A stretch of DNA of 64,000 bases, taken from positions 17,050,001-17,114,000 of the forward strand of contig NC_087468.1 of assembly GCF_036321535.1 (NCBI RefSeq), in the 5' to 3' direction. This DNA comes from Camelus dromedarius. Its lineage: Eukaryota. A program made the position numbers and the translations under genes. The notes under the pieces are model-generated. The model ran no database searches, had not been told where the DNA came from, and worked only from the letters and a program-made list of their open reading frames with translations. The first letter of the stretch is position 1; every line of letters begins with the position of its first letter. Positions 12,631 to 26,850 of this stretch are shown piece after piece.

Positions 12631-15482
12631 TGGTTCAGAAATAAAGTCAATCAAGACATTGGACACGGACCTTTTATTTTGAAATACCCTGATTGAAACT
12701 AGGCAGGTGGTAACCTTAATTTAATTGATATTTTCTGTGTGTCCCGATAACGATTTCTCCCTGGATCTCAGACCATATGCTAAGCTTAAATGCTTCTCTC
12801 GCTCGCTCTCTCTCCTTTTTTTTTTTTTTTCCCCCCCGAGACCTTTTAAGATAATGCCTGTTTCCCCAGAGGAGATTCAATTTAAACCAAATCCAAATGT
12901 TTCAGCCTAAAAGGGACTTCTAGAAAGCACTGTTAAAATCATAATTTGTGACAATGATGAATGTCTGCTTTGATTTCATATCTAGAAGATACTTACTGCC
13001 AGTGGGTAAGAAGCAAAGGTTTTAACCCACCCTCGTTTATTTTGCTCAGTGACAACTTTGTGTCTGTGTGTGTTGATCACGGACAGACGGAATTATATCT
13101 GGACAAGTTTCCAAAACACCGAATTTGTGTTGAAATACACACAACGATCTTACCCCATTCCAAGAGGGCCCTAAAAGATAACACAAAAGCCATCCCCTGG
13201 TAATTCTATCGTGCTGTGGCCTTTGGTTTAAAATGACAGTTGTGTGGCCCAGTACAAACTCAGTGTAGCTAACAAGCTGTGTACAAACTCTGTGGTTATT
13301 ATAAACTCTTTCTGAAGCACCAGAAAGAGATGTGCCTGAAAACCAGCATGAATAGTTCTCTGGCCCTCTCCATCCAGGCTGCACTCATTCAGGTCCTTCT
13401 TGTCTTGTTTTTCCTAGAATAGACAATAAGAGAAAAGGTTGAGGGAAGTCCCACCAAGGAGACAAGAAAAAGCCAGTCTCTCTCTCTCGTGTAGACCGGC
13501 GCGCAGTCACCCCCAAGCCCAGCAAACCCCCCAGCTGCGAGAAAACCTTCATTCTTTCAGACGGAGCAAGCAACGTTCAAGCGTGGTGTTTGCAAAAGGA
13601 AAGCAGACAGTCGAGAGACGCTGAACCCCGAATTGTGGGGCTCAATCGCGGTCACACCAGCGGCTTTGATTTAAAGGGTGCTGACCTGTGCTGGGCCCAC
13701 ACTCGGCACTTTGTAGACCGTGTCGCAAAGAATCGTCACGACCGCCCTACACACGCGGAGTTCCATGTTAACAAAGGGGAGAGCGAAGCTCTCGCCTCCA
13801 GCGTCACGTGACCCAGTGGGGACTCAGAAGACTGAGATCTGAACTCGGATCGTATGACTCCTTTGATCACTTCCTGTCCTTTGTGCCTGGCCCACCCTGG
13901 GTTTTAACCCAATAATGATCCTTCTCTTGGTCCTAAGAAAGGCTCTGAGCCTTCTGAAGTAGTTCGGGTGTATCACTACTTCAAGTTCCTGGCATAACAA
14001 AGGATTAACGCACAGGCGTGCAGCCGGCTTGGTTTGTCAGGTAGGTTCCCAAGAGGAGACAAAGTTGAACTACGTTTGCTGGATGTGGGACGGAGTGTGA
14101 AGGCGCTGGACATGGTGGGAGAACTATGTGACCATTAAATGTTTATAATCTGGTTGACACTGGGCCCTGACTGCAGCCGGGCAGTTGGAAAATACATTTT
14201 TTAATAAATAAAAATACCAGCACGTGAATGAGGTCCTTTGGGGGGGGAGGACCTAGTCCACAACCGTTGCCAAAAGTAAGCCAAGCCAAGAAAAAGTCAG
14301 AAATAAAAACAAGTGGCAGGAACAGCAAGGAGGATGGGGAAGGCAAATGAGCAGGGAACCTGGGGCAACATTGGAGTTGCTGTTTTGGGGGCTTTATTTT
14401 CCGATGGAAAATGAAAAGTCATCTTGTGTCTTCATCAAAATTAAAGCTGTCTGTCCCTTGACCACTACCTTCTACACATCAGAGCAGTATTATTACCCTG
14501 TGGCTAAAACTCACACACACGGTGATCCAGATTGTGGGAGCTGCTGTTTGTTTGTTCTGTCTGTTTCCTGCCATCCCTCTGTCCTTGTTGCTTCAGTAGC
14601 TTTGACGGGACTCTAATACCATTTTTTTTCCAAGCCCTTTCTCACCGTTACATCATCTGTGCTAAATAGCCACTCTTGCAACAGCCCCGGCTTCAACCTT
14701 TCACATAATCAAAATCCTTTCTTAGCAACCTCGTTTCAATGACCACTTCCATTTTTTTTCCAACAATGAGTTGCTTGCGGCTGCTAGGTTAAGCCACCGT
14801 ATTACCATAGGCTGTGATTATGTTACAGGGTGAATCGAACAATTCTGGAAATGTATCTAGCACCCAGAAACAGCCGGATGACCCAGATTCTGTTTCGTTG
14901 TGGTGAGAAAAAGCATCGCGAGACTCACAGATGGCACTGTAACCGACACGCTCTCTAAAAGGATGCTCTGAGAAGTCAGGTGGTACGACAGGCGTCCTCT
15001 TCGCGTGAGCATGTAAAAGGTATTTAAGAAAAACATGAAGAATTATGTCGGGGATGCGGAGGGAGTCCGTGGGCGAAGGCTCTCTCAGAGGAGACCTGGG
15101 ACACCCAGCGCTTTCCAGTCTTCAGAAACGGTGCCCTTGGATGCGCGAGAGGCACCCTGGGGGAGAGGAGAGGGGAGGTGCTTCAACACGGGACGAGGAC
15201 AGAAAGTGTTTCTCCGAGACAGCGTGCGGTGCCAGTTCAGAGCTCTCTGCTGGGCTGACATACGTACTGAAAACGTCTCCAGCAAGGTTTACTCAAATGT
15301 GAGAGACCCAGCTGAATGTGTTACTTGTGACCCCAATTTCCACAGGAAAAGAGAAGGAGGGGGCTCTCGCGAGTCCTGGTTGAAGGAGCCAGGCGGGAGA
15401 GCGCGCCCTCAGCTGCCTGAGCGCCCCGCAGCTCGGGGTGCGCTGGCGGGGTGGGCAGCATCGGCAGAGGCAGGTGGAGTGA

Positions 15483-15988
15483 TGGCGTTGCCCTGAAGGG
15501 TAGGAATTCAGGTGGGAGACGAAGTGTCGTGCAGGAAGAGACTGTAAAGGATTTATTTAGCAAAGAGAAAGGACACCTCCAAGAACGGGGAGCGGGCTCA
15601 TCCAGGGGAGGATGGTGGCCTTTGGTCCCCTGTCTTACACCCTCGCCTAGAGGTGGTCTTTTGATTGACTGATGGCTCTCGTCCCTGGAATGCTTAGTCA
15701 TGTTTGTCCCCTTTTGCGCACGTCCTTACCTGTGATGCGCACAGAAGGACCCGTGGAGGGGCGTAAACCGCAATGCTAATTATATTACAGTGAACACTGG
15801 GTCCGGTTAGGTCCTTGTTGCTACCGAACAGTTGTGGCTGTTGGGTTATAGCTGGTTTCTTGCTGGCGCTCGTTTAGAGGAAGTAAAGCCCCTTTAGGCT
15901 GGAGGCAGGAATAACGCCATCTTCTGGACCCTCCCCCCTCTCCTCCACCTTATCTGCCCAGTGCCCCCACTGATCTAACTCCCTAACA
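15483..15988 (-). mobile_element. ERV1-like solo LTR
   Basis: TG...CA termini, minus-strand AATAAA near the 3' (left) end, candidate TSD GTGA/ATGA (3 of 4). The left edge could instead be 15494. Confidence 0.6.
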
Positions 15989-18727
15989 ATGACAACAAAG
16001 AATCATGGAACATTCTGGCCCTGAGCAGTGACAACTAGTGAAGCCATGCGGTTCTGCTGCAGAACCGTAAGTCATGACAGACAAGCCTGTGCCACCTGGA
16101 TGGCACCAGCGAGAAGAGGTGAGCGCCCCTGGGAGGAAGAGATAAGAGCCACAGTGATGGCGCAGAGGCAGCGCACACGCCCTCTCGTCGGCTGGCTTCC
16201 CCAAACTCTTTTTGTCCTTTTCCTGACTTATGTGTCCCAGAAAATCATGGGTCAGACTAAGAAGGACAGCAAAGAAGATGAATAAACCCCGGCATTAATC
16301 CTCAGCATTTAATCAGGACACCCTAGAACGTCCCAGCAAGAAAGCCAGGGGAATTCATAGATTCTTTGCAGTTGACCTTTGGAAACAGAATTGTACAAAG
16401 GAGGATCTTGGCTACCTAACTGTGGGACATTGGACAAAAGTGATTGAACATTCTAAGGTTACTTTCCTAAAATACAAAAACCTGTGGTGGTCATACATAA
16501 TTTGCAGGAGGAGCATTCTGAAGAGTGGGGTAGGCACATAGGGCAACATTGAGCACCATGCTTTATTCATCACAAGCACACACACACACACATCAGGGTT
16601 CCCTTCCCCTTCCTTCCTTGGAAATAAAGACCGGGTGGTGAGATTTAGTGTAAAAGTGGACATGGCGTGGAAAGAACGTTTGACTTGGCAATTTGGTTTC
16701 TTGGAATCCGTTTGGCTATTAAATAGGTCAAGAAAAATTTAAATGTAATTTAACAATTGCATTTAAGGCAGCTGTATCAGAGGCTAAGCGATATTACCTC
16801 TGCAGATTTCAGTAACTGTCAACTGGATGAATTCTGAGGTCTTTGCTGTCACTAACACCGGGACCCTGGCGTATTTGTGCCACAGGACAGACACGCCATC
16901 TCTGATCTCTGCCTCCAGGGTCGGCCGAGCTTGCTGTGAAGTTCAAAATGAAGAAAAAAACGCATTCCCGCCCCAAAGCACAACTGCCACACATTTTACA
17001 GATTTATAGCAATTGTTAAAATATATCAAAACAAGTATCTCGCCAGTGGCGTAACGTTCGCCGTCAGGTACTAGCCGTTCTGAGGTTCTGTGGGGGAACA
17101 CTGGTCGTTTGGTTAAATGAGAATAAAAACAGCACCTGCGTGATCGTCAGTAGGACGAACGCACCGTGCGAGGAATTCCTAGCCGTACGCTTCGGAGCGC
17201 TCACCAGTTTCTGGCTGGGCTGAGAACGCATCTCTTTCTTTTACATCTCGCGGTGAAATTGGTCCGGAGCATTCCAGGAACTCGCTCGCTCCTTCACAAC
17301 GTCTGGAAAAGAGGCGGAACGTTGATCTCTTTGGGCTGCTCTGCTTTGTGGAGGGGGGCAGTTTCCACGTTCAAGGGAAAGGTTATGTGAGAATAATGAA
17401 GACATCTCACACAGCAAACCCCGAGACACATCCAGATAGAGAGGCGAATCCTCGTCCTTAGTGTGTGCAGTTAAACACAAAAGGGAGAGGTAAAGATGGA
17501 GTGACCCCTGCTCCCCGGCTGCCGGCTCATCGCAGAGAACACCCCTCGTGGCTGTGGGCGCGTGTCGTCAGCAAAGCCTCGGCTTGAGAGGCACACGGGT
17601 CAAAGCTGACCGAGAGGCAGACTGGTCCTCCGCCCTCTCTGTGTTCAGCTGCATGGCCCTGGTGTGGAGGGGGAGGTGGGGCGTGTGTCATCCTTTCATT
17701 GTCATTACATACGCATCCCTTAGAACGCACGGCTGTGGGGAAGGCCCCTGCAGTCCTGCACTGCCGTGTTCCATCAATTAATGTTATAACCGGCAATGAA
17801 GATGTACCCGGATGCGACCTCATTATCATTCCAAAGACAAAACTGTCAGCACGCATTATCGATCAGTTGGCATTAGTGTGCAATTATTAACCCACTTAAG
17901 CCTATATATGTGTGTGTGTGTGTGTACATATACATACATACATCTCATATGTTATTCAGTGACTGATGAAGCCTGGCCACTCTGTAAACAAGGCTCCTCT
18001 TTTGATAAAGGCTTCAAATGCCCGATTATCTGAACATTACATTCCCTTATCCTTTCTCTTCCTCATCAAAGACGTAATGTAGGCAGTGTAATTTTCGCTG
18101 CTGATTCGCACAAAGCATGTATATTCGTAATACTGCTCGATATCTGTCCGTGCATGACTGAGCACATTACTGAACTGAGAGGTTGAGTGAGACGTAAAGT
18201 TACTATTTGAAAGAAGGCGCTTGTGAACTCTGAAGGCTCGAATGTGTGAACCTCCAGAGGTCAGATGTTGTTGACGAGGTCAGTCATTTTAGAGAAGCTC
18301 TTTTTCTCTTGATTTCTGTAGGTGGACTACTGGGAAGCCTGCTGACGGAGGGGTTGGGGCAGCTGCCTGCTCTGTCTCTTACCATCGTGGTCTTCATTAA
18401 AACTGCTCAGTGCATACCCAGAACAAGCTGAATGACTCCGCGATCTAACATACTGCACAGCATCCCACCTGTTTACTCGTCCATTCACTTACGGAGCACC
18501 AGCTGTCACCACTGTCCTGCCTGTGTGTGGCCTCTCATCCTATCAAGTTATAAAAGTTTCTTAAATAATAAGAACTTGAGATCTGCTGTTAGGTTGTACG
18601 CCCGCAAACAGGAGAGTTGTGTAAGACCACGCCTATCAGCCAGCATTGCTTCCCTCGAGTGGTGGTGAGAATTGCTTGAAGCGCACGCCGTCGGTCCTCC
18701 CCCAGCATCCACATCACCGTGTAGTTA

Positions 18728-19326
18728 TGTCGGAGCAGGCAGACAGCTAGATGTGAGCAGAGAGAGGGGCGCACGGGCCACGTGGCAGGAGACCATACAG
18801 CTTGTGAACAACTGGGGTCCTTGGGCAGATGGAAAAGCAGGTGTCTCCAGACTGACAAGAGAGGACTGATAAGAGATCGCATATGTAGGGGTGACAGGTG
18901 ACCTGGACGCTGACAAGGGAAGGTGGGGAAAAGGCGGGAATCTCCAGTGTCCGAATGTAATCTCTTGCTCATAATACCCTCATTATAGGAGAACTAGCCT
19001 TGCAGATTCAACGTACCGAAGCCGTGACACTTCTGATCCAGACTAAGTAAGGACAGAAATCCCTGCTCTCCTCAGGAAGGTGGAGCTGGATGAAAATCAG
19101 GGAATACGACCCCAAACCCGTCCCTCCCCAGTGAATATTCTGCCCATTCATTTTTACACCCTCTGTGACCAACTTGCCAAAGAAGCCCAGGGCAGCCCTG
19201 AGCCCGCCTGCTCTCCCCCTGAGAGTGTCCTGTCCACCCCTTAATAAATCCTCACCTTACTTTCTTGGTCTCCGCATCTTGTCTCTGAATTCTTTCTGCA
19301 GCGTGACAAGAACCTAATTACCAGCA
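18728..19326 (+). mobile_element. ERV1-like solo LTR (family B, copy 1)
   Basis: Colinear homology with 30982-31640 (CCAGACTAAGTAAGGACA, GGAAGGTGGAGCTGG, GAGAGTGTCCTGTCCA). Starts TGT, has AATAAA near the 3' end, no clean TSD. Confidence 0.8.
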
Positions 19327-21873
19327 AGAATTAGGATTCAGATTTATAAAAATAAACTTCCCAGGTGCCCCAGGCCTTACTTAGCAGCCAGAGTCCTCAG
19401 TGGCTGGTCGTACAAAGCGTTGCGATGAGGCAATAAAAGCCACCGAGAAGGTGGGGGACCTTCATTCAAATAGAAGACCGTTTGTAGGTGTGTGTTTGCA
19501 CCTAGGTCGTGCCCGCCCCGCTCCTGCCCTGTCTTCACCACTCCTCAGAAAGTGGGGGGGGGGGGGTCAGTCGTTTTACCCAGGCAGTGGGGTTTCCGGG
19601 GCATCCTCTCCTCTCCATTGTCTGTCACATCTCTTTCATCTCAGTCTTTAATTCCGACCATACAATCACCTTCTGGCTCTTAAATACTTGCTGTCTCTAA
19701 AAAATGTTGAAATTAAAAGTGTCAGCATTTCTAGACCTGGCTGTTCTGGGAGTATTTCCCCCCTCACAGTATTTTCGCTTGTCTTTACGGAACATCTTTT
19801 CTCTGAAAAGTAGTTTTTCGTTCAAACAGTGACCTTAAAAAAGTCCTAGATGAGGTGATGTTTTTAGGCTGAGCAGCATCCTGTGCTCCATTCCACGAAG
19901 GTAGTCACCTACTCCGCCCGTTTACATGGCCCGCTTTGGCAGGACCTTACAGGCCGCTGGGTAGAGGTCGTCTCCCCTCCCCATTCCGATCGTGTGTGGA
20001 TACGCTTTTATGGAAGTCAATCAACAAACAAGTCTATACCTATAAATATGCACACACCTGTTTGTCTGTGCATATGTGCACATTTATTCTGTAATGTGAA
20101 AGAGGGTTTAAGGATGAACTATCTATGTAATGAGAGCCTTTGGAATCACAGCATTCACCAAAAAAGGTGGTCAGTAGAAGTAATTCTATTTTGCCTGGTG
20201 TAACAAAATTGAGAGCTCTGTTTTCTAAGCCACTTAGAAATTACATGACATTTTCCATTTTGAGATGGAAATTTCATCACCTCGGTGTCAGGCTCGATGA
20301 CTCCAAAGCCAGTAAGGACTGTAGAAGGAACTGGGAGAAGGAAAGAAATCGAAGTTAAACATAATTGCTTTAAAGAGGGTGTGAAAATGGAAATCCATTA
20401 ACATATCCTTTGACCAAAGTGGAGCAGTTAATTTGCTGGATTTTCTGAATCATAAAGCAGAATACCAAAAAAAAAAAAAAAAAAAAAGCATCCTGACGTC
20501 TGTCTGTGGGAATGTTCTCTGTAAATATTATCAGAACTGTTTAAATATTACATTCTACCGCTTTACGTGAGGCTGTAGCAGACCAGGCTCGTGGACATGG
20601 CTGCCACATAGCTGTTGTGATTTTGTGGGTTCTGCAAGGCTTTGCTCCAATGAATAAATGTAGTCATCCTTCAGAGTTAATTTTGAAGTTCACTCTTAAA
20701 TTGTATCCTTTTAACATTGCTCTTTGCTTCGCAGAAATGTCCAAATTCTCCTGGGGATATGAACCATAAAGAAGTTTTATTGAGACTATGTTGAAGTTAT
20801 ATGGGGGAGGAATGCACACGACCATCTTAACAAGCAGGAGAACTCACTCTGTAGGTAAAGTCCAGTGTCGTCCCCCAGCGCTCACACCCACCAAGAACCA
20901 ACAGTAATGGACCAACAGTAACAGTAATTCCAATAGTAGTGACTTTCTCTCTTTGTTAAAACTACTAGAACTGGGCTTCATGAAAACTAACAGTGTTTGG
21001 CGGACCCCGTACAACCTTGATCACCCAAAAATGAGGTTGAAAAAATACAGCTGGCAGTTAATGAAAAGGAGGCTGGAGAAACTGGAGACTGGAAAGTTGC
21101 TCGAGTGGGAAGGGCAGTGGCGTTATCCCCTCCATCTTGGAAGTAAAGCTTTGACAGAAAGCTTGGAAGTAAAGCTGTGCAGAGCTAACCTAGGTACTGC
21201 GAGAGTGGGGCTGTAACTTACATGCTTCCCGTTGCCAGATAATAAAGTGTTACAATGCAGTGTGGCCAAAACGAACACCAGTCTAGACAGCTTCGGAGAA
21301 GGAGGTCTCTGCAGGATATCTGGGGTAGTGGTTCGGAGCTTTGCTTATCCATCCATATCCCCTGTGGATACAAACTTCCCACTCTCTTGCTCCCACACTG
21401 ACCATCGACGGTGATTTTCATTCTGCATCGCGTGTAAATATGAGATCTGGGTTTGCAGCTGTCGGAATTTCCAAAGTAAAGAATTTGAGCTGGAGACAGA
21501 GGAGAGGAATGCTACGAGTTTGCGTCTGTCAGGCTATCATTTCACGTGAGAAGTTATACTGAACACCGCTGTGTTTTATAATTTTGCATGTTTTCTGATT
21601 TTTCATGATTTTAACTTAAAAGTAAAATGCATACTTAAACTTGCAAATGATTTTTGAAATATAAAAAGTGAAAAATGTACTTCTTCCCATCCCAATACCT
21701 TTCCTGGAAATACAGTGAACACAGATTTTTAACATTAAATGTACTTTTACAGATGCATGCAGGCATGTGTGTGTTTTCTGTAAAAGCAGTAATATGCTAT
21801 TTATATGATTCCATAAGCTTCTTGTAAATATATATATATTTTTTATTTTACTTGTGGTAAAATACACACAATG

Positions 21874-22990
21874 GCTTCCAGTTCCATTTTGGGATGTAAG
21901 AAGCTTGGAAGTCTTCACCCCATCCTGACAACAAGTAAAAAGCTAATCAAACTGGAAAATAAACAACCTTCTTAGCTCTATAAGAGAAGACATCACAGGG
22001 ACAAGTGTCACCCTAAAATTGGAGAGAACTACAGGTGAGTACAGAGAATCACAGCTTATTGGAGGTGAGACCCATGAGCAAAAACCAGTGCTGGGGTTGA
22101 GAAATCTGGACTGTGACCGATGGAATGCCGGAGGCTTAGCGAGGACAAGCCTGAGACGGAGAAACTCTGGCAGGATGCCGCCACCACCAGCCGCAGTGGC
22201 TCCCAGACGTCTGCGGGTTTTACCTCCGGGAGCTCAGAGGGAAGGTCAGGGAAAAATCCGCTCATGCTTCTGGCAGGTTGAAGGGGGAAATAAGCCATTT
22301 TGAAATACGTAGGGACATTCTCGGCTTCTTAGCACGCTCTGTCCTCAGAGGAGGCGGCTTCATCGGAGCCTAACCTCCTGGAGTGTTAGCAGCGGTTGCC
22401 TGACCTCGGGGAGGGAAATGCCAGCCTCCAGCCCACTTCGTCATCCTGTCACACCCAGGGAGGGCGGAGGGACTGAGACTCACTGTGAAGGTCACAGTCC
22501 CCAGGCGTAAGCTCACCGAGAGACCTGGACCTCATCAGAGGACTAGAACGTCCTCCCCGGCACGTTACTCCTGGCCGATTCACACAGTTTTCTTTTACTC
22601 AGTGCATCATGTCTGACCATCAATGAAGCATTCAAAGACGGACAAACAAACAAACAAACAAAAACACTTTGGAGAGACAGCAAGCATCAGAACCAGACTC
22701 GGACATGGCAGGAATTCTGAAATGATTAGGCTTGGAATTTAAAGCATCTGCAGTTACCATGCTAGCGGCTCTGCTGGGTAACGGACACAGGCTGCGAGAA
22801 CTGATGGACGACGGTAAGCAGAGAGATGGACATTCTAGGATGTTAAGAACACTCTCTCAGTAAGAGACACATCCAGGCAGAAAATCAGTAAGGACTTAGG
22901 TGAACTCAAGATGCCATTACTCAACTGGATAGATGCACATCAACAGACTGCTTCATTCAACAAGAGAAAATACACATTATTTCTCAAGCT
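21874..22990 (+). mobile_element. Ancestral L1M (L1M3/L1M4-type) 5' UTR, ORF1 start and ORF2 endonuclease fragment
   Basis: CTTCCAGTTCC..GTAAGAAGCTTGGAAGTC..ACAACAAGTAAAAAGCT 5' end, ORF1-start GAGACAGCAAGCATCAGAACCAGACTCGGAC, then EN-domain GCAGAAAATCAGTAAGGAC...TTCTCAAGCT. Confidence 0.75.
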
Positions 22991-23062
22991 TTCGTCTTAG
23001 TATCTCCAATCATCTCTCTGATAATTTGTGACAAATTGTAGGTAATATATAAGTTATGTCTT

Positions 23063-23173
23063 GTTTGTGACAATGAATGTATGTATGTTCATGTATAACT
23101 GAAAACTTGTGCTCAACACTGGAAATTGACACAACATTCTAAAATGACTGTAACTCAATAAAATAAAATACAT
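23063..23173 (+). mobile_element. Young camelid L1 extreme 3' fragment (~110 bp)
   Basis: Same 3' sequence as 54420-54529. Exact 18-bp TSD ATATATAAGTTATGTCTT (23045-23062 and 23174-23191). Confidence 0.92.
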
Positions 23174-25284
23174 ATATATAAGTTATGTCTTCCTTTCAGT
23201 ATGTCTGACTCCTCCTGTGGTGTAGAAGAAATAAAAAAATGTTCAATAAATCTATAAAAATATTCAACATCACCAGAAATAGAACTAAAAGTAAGGAATG
23301 TAAAAGTGCTTTGCTTCTTAGCTTGGTCAAAATTTTAAAAATGTTAATTGATGGGGAGTCTCATGCACTACAGGTATGATTGAAAATTAGTAAAATATTT
23401 CCTTCCAGAGTATTTAATAAAAGTGTTGAATGTAAGAGAAAAATATGCTCAGGTGCTGATACAAATTCCACTCATAGTAAGCTGTCCTGAAGACAGCATA
23501 CTGGGAGATAATCCATGTGTAAGGGGGTATAGATCGCTGAGCTGTTTGAAATCATGAAAAGTGAGGCAAAATCTAAAAACAGCTATGTATAGATATTAAA
23601 TAAAATATGATCTAGCATCTGCATCGAATTTTAGACATAATGTCGGTCGTATATATGGGATAGATGCATGTCACCCCATTTGTGAGGCAGTCATTTAAAT
23701 TTTACAGAATATAATCATACATTGAATAGCTATCAACATATTAAATATTTTGTTATTTTATTACAATAAATAAATATTAACAGAATAACAGCATTATATG
23801 CAGGCAGTGTGATTATATGATTGTATATAATTAGACTGTTTGCTTAAATCATTTAATCTTTTTCCTTAAATGAGCATGTACTGCTTTCATAATAAAATAA
23901 TATTCTCGTCTTTATCAACCGAGTCTTGTGCTGGCAGTCTCTCCATCAGGGTAGAGACTACACATTTAAACCGAAGGAGCTGACTTTTGATTAATTTCTT
24001 TTGTGGCAAAAAAGATGGCTATTCAAGCGTATAGACCAGTGAGCATATTCGTGGAACCAAGTTCAGATGAGGATGATGCACAAACGTACGTGGTTTTGCT
24101 TGCTAAACATGTCTGCATCTCATCCTATGTCCCAGGCAGAATGATTTCCATTCATTCCAAGAAGGCTGATGATGGCAGAGAGAGGGAGAGGCGGTGCCAG
24201 GACGGGAGACCGGGAGTGACGGAAGCCCGGCTTTTCATTTTTCCAGGTAGTTTCTTGGTATATAACTCCGGGGATTAAAAAATAAAGAAATAAAAACAAT
24301 AAGCACACTGTACTCTACAGTGGAATCTCATTCCAAGTATGTGGTAAAAATAAGCTAAATTTAAGGATGACAGAAAATACAAAAAAAAAAAAATCAAATA
24401 GAGCCTTACGACCAAAGATTGCACTGCAATTGAGGTAAATGGACTTGGTGAACTAATGGTCCTTTATCACTCTTCTTAATCTTCTTGATTCTAGTAGGAA
24501 AAAATGGCTCGTGTAGCGCTTTGGGGCTTAACTATTCTGAACATAGAAAAACGACTGAAAATTAATTTTGCAACTGAAGTGATTAACGTGCGATCTTTTT
24601 ATTGCACAGTCCCTCATTTTTGATGATTTCGGATGGTTCTGTAAAATGACCATCGTCAATAGATTGGGCTGCTATGCTGATGATGGACATGGCCCATTTT
24701 TGTAACCTTAGGGTATATTTGGTGCGTGTGTTTCGTCCATGTGTAAAATGGATTTAAAGGTCCTATAGAAGGACTTTCAAACTAGCCCAGGCAGGAAAGA
24801 GGAAGCCGCAGAATTAGAGCTCCGGGCCCAGCCTTGACTTCAATGGCAGTAGTTTCAATTTTATCTGTTAGGCAAAAAAATTTTTTGAAAGTTTGAAGCC
24901 TAGTGGAACTCCTTCCTCTCCCTCTAGTGAGTAGAGGCTCATGAGTTTTTACTGTAGGAAAATATACAGAGGTAACAACATGACGGTTCTCCAGGCACAA
25001 ATAATCTGAAAACATAGCTTTAAACATGACAATAAATTTTACACTCATATTAATACTTTCCTCTTAACCTAAAATTCATTAATAATTAAAAATTATGTAA
25101 ACTTTAGAAGAGTTTATTAAGTTCTTTAAGATTTTGATTAGATCATTTTACCTCCATGTGCTCAAGGCGGTCATTTTCTGAGATAGCTCCCTTCGAGCTG
25201 GGTCACACCGTCTTCCTCTGCGCAGCATCTTAACTTCAGCACCACTAAGGGGAGGGACGTCTGCTTTCACATCAGGATGTCTTA

Positions 25285-25720
25285 GCTTAAATCTCAGCTC
25301 TACTCTTACCAATATAAATTTGAGCAAATCTATTAACTTGGCCTACTCTCAGTTTCCCAGTAAAAAGTGAATATCTATGTCAGTTATTGAGATGGTTTAC
25401 TAACAGATTTGTTCAACAAATGCATGTTGTGAACCTACTCTGTGCCAAACCATTAGTAGGTGCTGGGGATACAGAGTTGAATCAATCAGAGTGAGATTAC
25501 AGTCACGCAAGGGAGAAATGTTAAAGTCAGTCAACAGTATGGCATGCAAACAGCGGTAGGTACTGCTAAGGTTCCAAAAAATAAATTATAAGAAAGCATT
25601 AAATGGGATATACTGTAAATGTGAAGAAAAGTTTCCATAAAGAAGTGACATTTAAGCTGAGACCGGAACAATATTAAGAGAGTCCCAGGCAAAAAGCGGG
25701 GGGGAAAGTATCTAAGTCAG
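25285..25720. mobile_element. MIR followed by antisense L2 fragment
   Basis: TCTCAGCTCTACTCTTACC...CTCAGTTTCCC (MIR); TTCAACAAATGC...CTACTCTGTGCCA...GCTGGGGATACAGAG (L2 3' end, antisense). Confidence 0.55.
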
Positions 25721-25759
25721 TTCAGATGGTAACTAAGGTGAGAAAAAAACTTTAAAGTC

Positions 25760-26850
25760 AGAAACAATTGGAAGCAATTAAAATGTCCTTCAAAGGTGAA
25801 TGGATGAGATAACCATAGTACCTCTATACAATGGAATATCATGCAGCGATGAAAAGAAATGAGCTATCAAGCCATAAGGATGTGGTTTGATCTTATATGT
25901 ATATTGCTAAGTTAAAGAAGCCAGTGTGAAAGACTACATACAATATAATTCCAATTATATGACATTCCGGAAAAGATGAAGCTATAGAAACAATAAAAAA
26001 GTATTAGCAGTTGCCAGATTTTAAGGGGAAGAGAGATAGGGTTGGCTTGCTAAATCATGGCGGATTGTGTAGGGTGGAGAAACCATAATTGTGAATATGT
26101 TCCATTGTATTACTTCACACCAAAAAAAAAAAAAAAAAGAAACTTAATATAGTCAAATTTAGAAGTGTGGTGGAAAACCCTGGATGGAATTAAGAAGGTG
26201 AAAAAATAATATAAATGTATTATAAATGTATGAAAGAACCCCCTTGAAGGGAATAGGGAAGAGGCTGCTGACCTAAATAACCTTGGAAAGTGGAATCTAT
26301 AAAACTAAAGGCAAACGTTACTTTACGTAAGTACATGGGACTCTGTACGCCAGTTGATCAAATTGTGTGTACAAGGGGATACAGGTTAACAATTAAACAT
26401 GCATCACAGAAATGAAAAATCAAGTCAATGGGTGGCAGCTGTGGTAGGCAAGCTTTTCACTGTCGTAGGGGAAGGGTACAGAGAAGCAAAGGGGGGAGGT
26501 TGTGGTGACGGATTAGAATTTCAGAAATCAGTACAGTCTCATTTTTAGCTTAATACAGATGCAGATCGCTGTTACAGAAATATGAATGCGTACAAGTGTT
26601 CGTATATACACGGGTATTTATTTCCATGCTCTGTCAGCTGATAGAGCTTAGAAGTAATGACACCCCAGTGGGAATGAGCACCAGTAGCACCAGATTTTGG
26701 TTTCTAATAACATCGTGTAATAAATGGGACCATGATGGAAACTAACAACCAAAACAATTCATGAGCAACATAGATCCGATATGAATGGGTTTTCTCTGCC
26801 ACACTTACACCTACCTCCCAATCCAGCGTCACCCAGGATGTCATGTTTGC
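25760..26850 (+). mobile_element. L1MC-type ORF2 end and 3' UTR
   Basis: AATGTCCTTCAAAGGTGAATGGAT...ACAATGGAATATCATGCAGCGATGAAAAGAAATGAGCTA...TATATGACATTCCGGAAAAG...; AGAAGTAATGACACCCCAGT typical of L1MC 3' UTRs. Confidence 0.7.

Noticed and set aside
16090-16112. CTCF-like GTGCCACCTGGATGGCAC
   Set aside because: Mismatches in the 5' core on both strands; much weaker than the 33647 site.
21137-21176. 15-bp direct repeat CTTGGAAGTAAAGCT
   Set aside because: Only two units with an 11-bp spacer, consistent with a local duplication; not a CRISPR-like or functional array.
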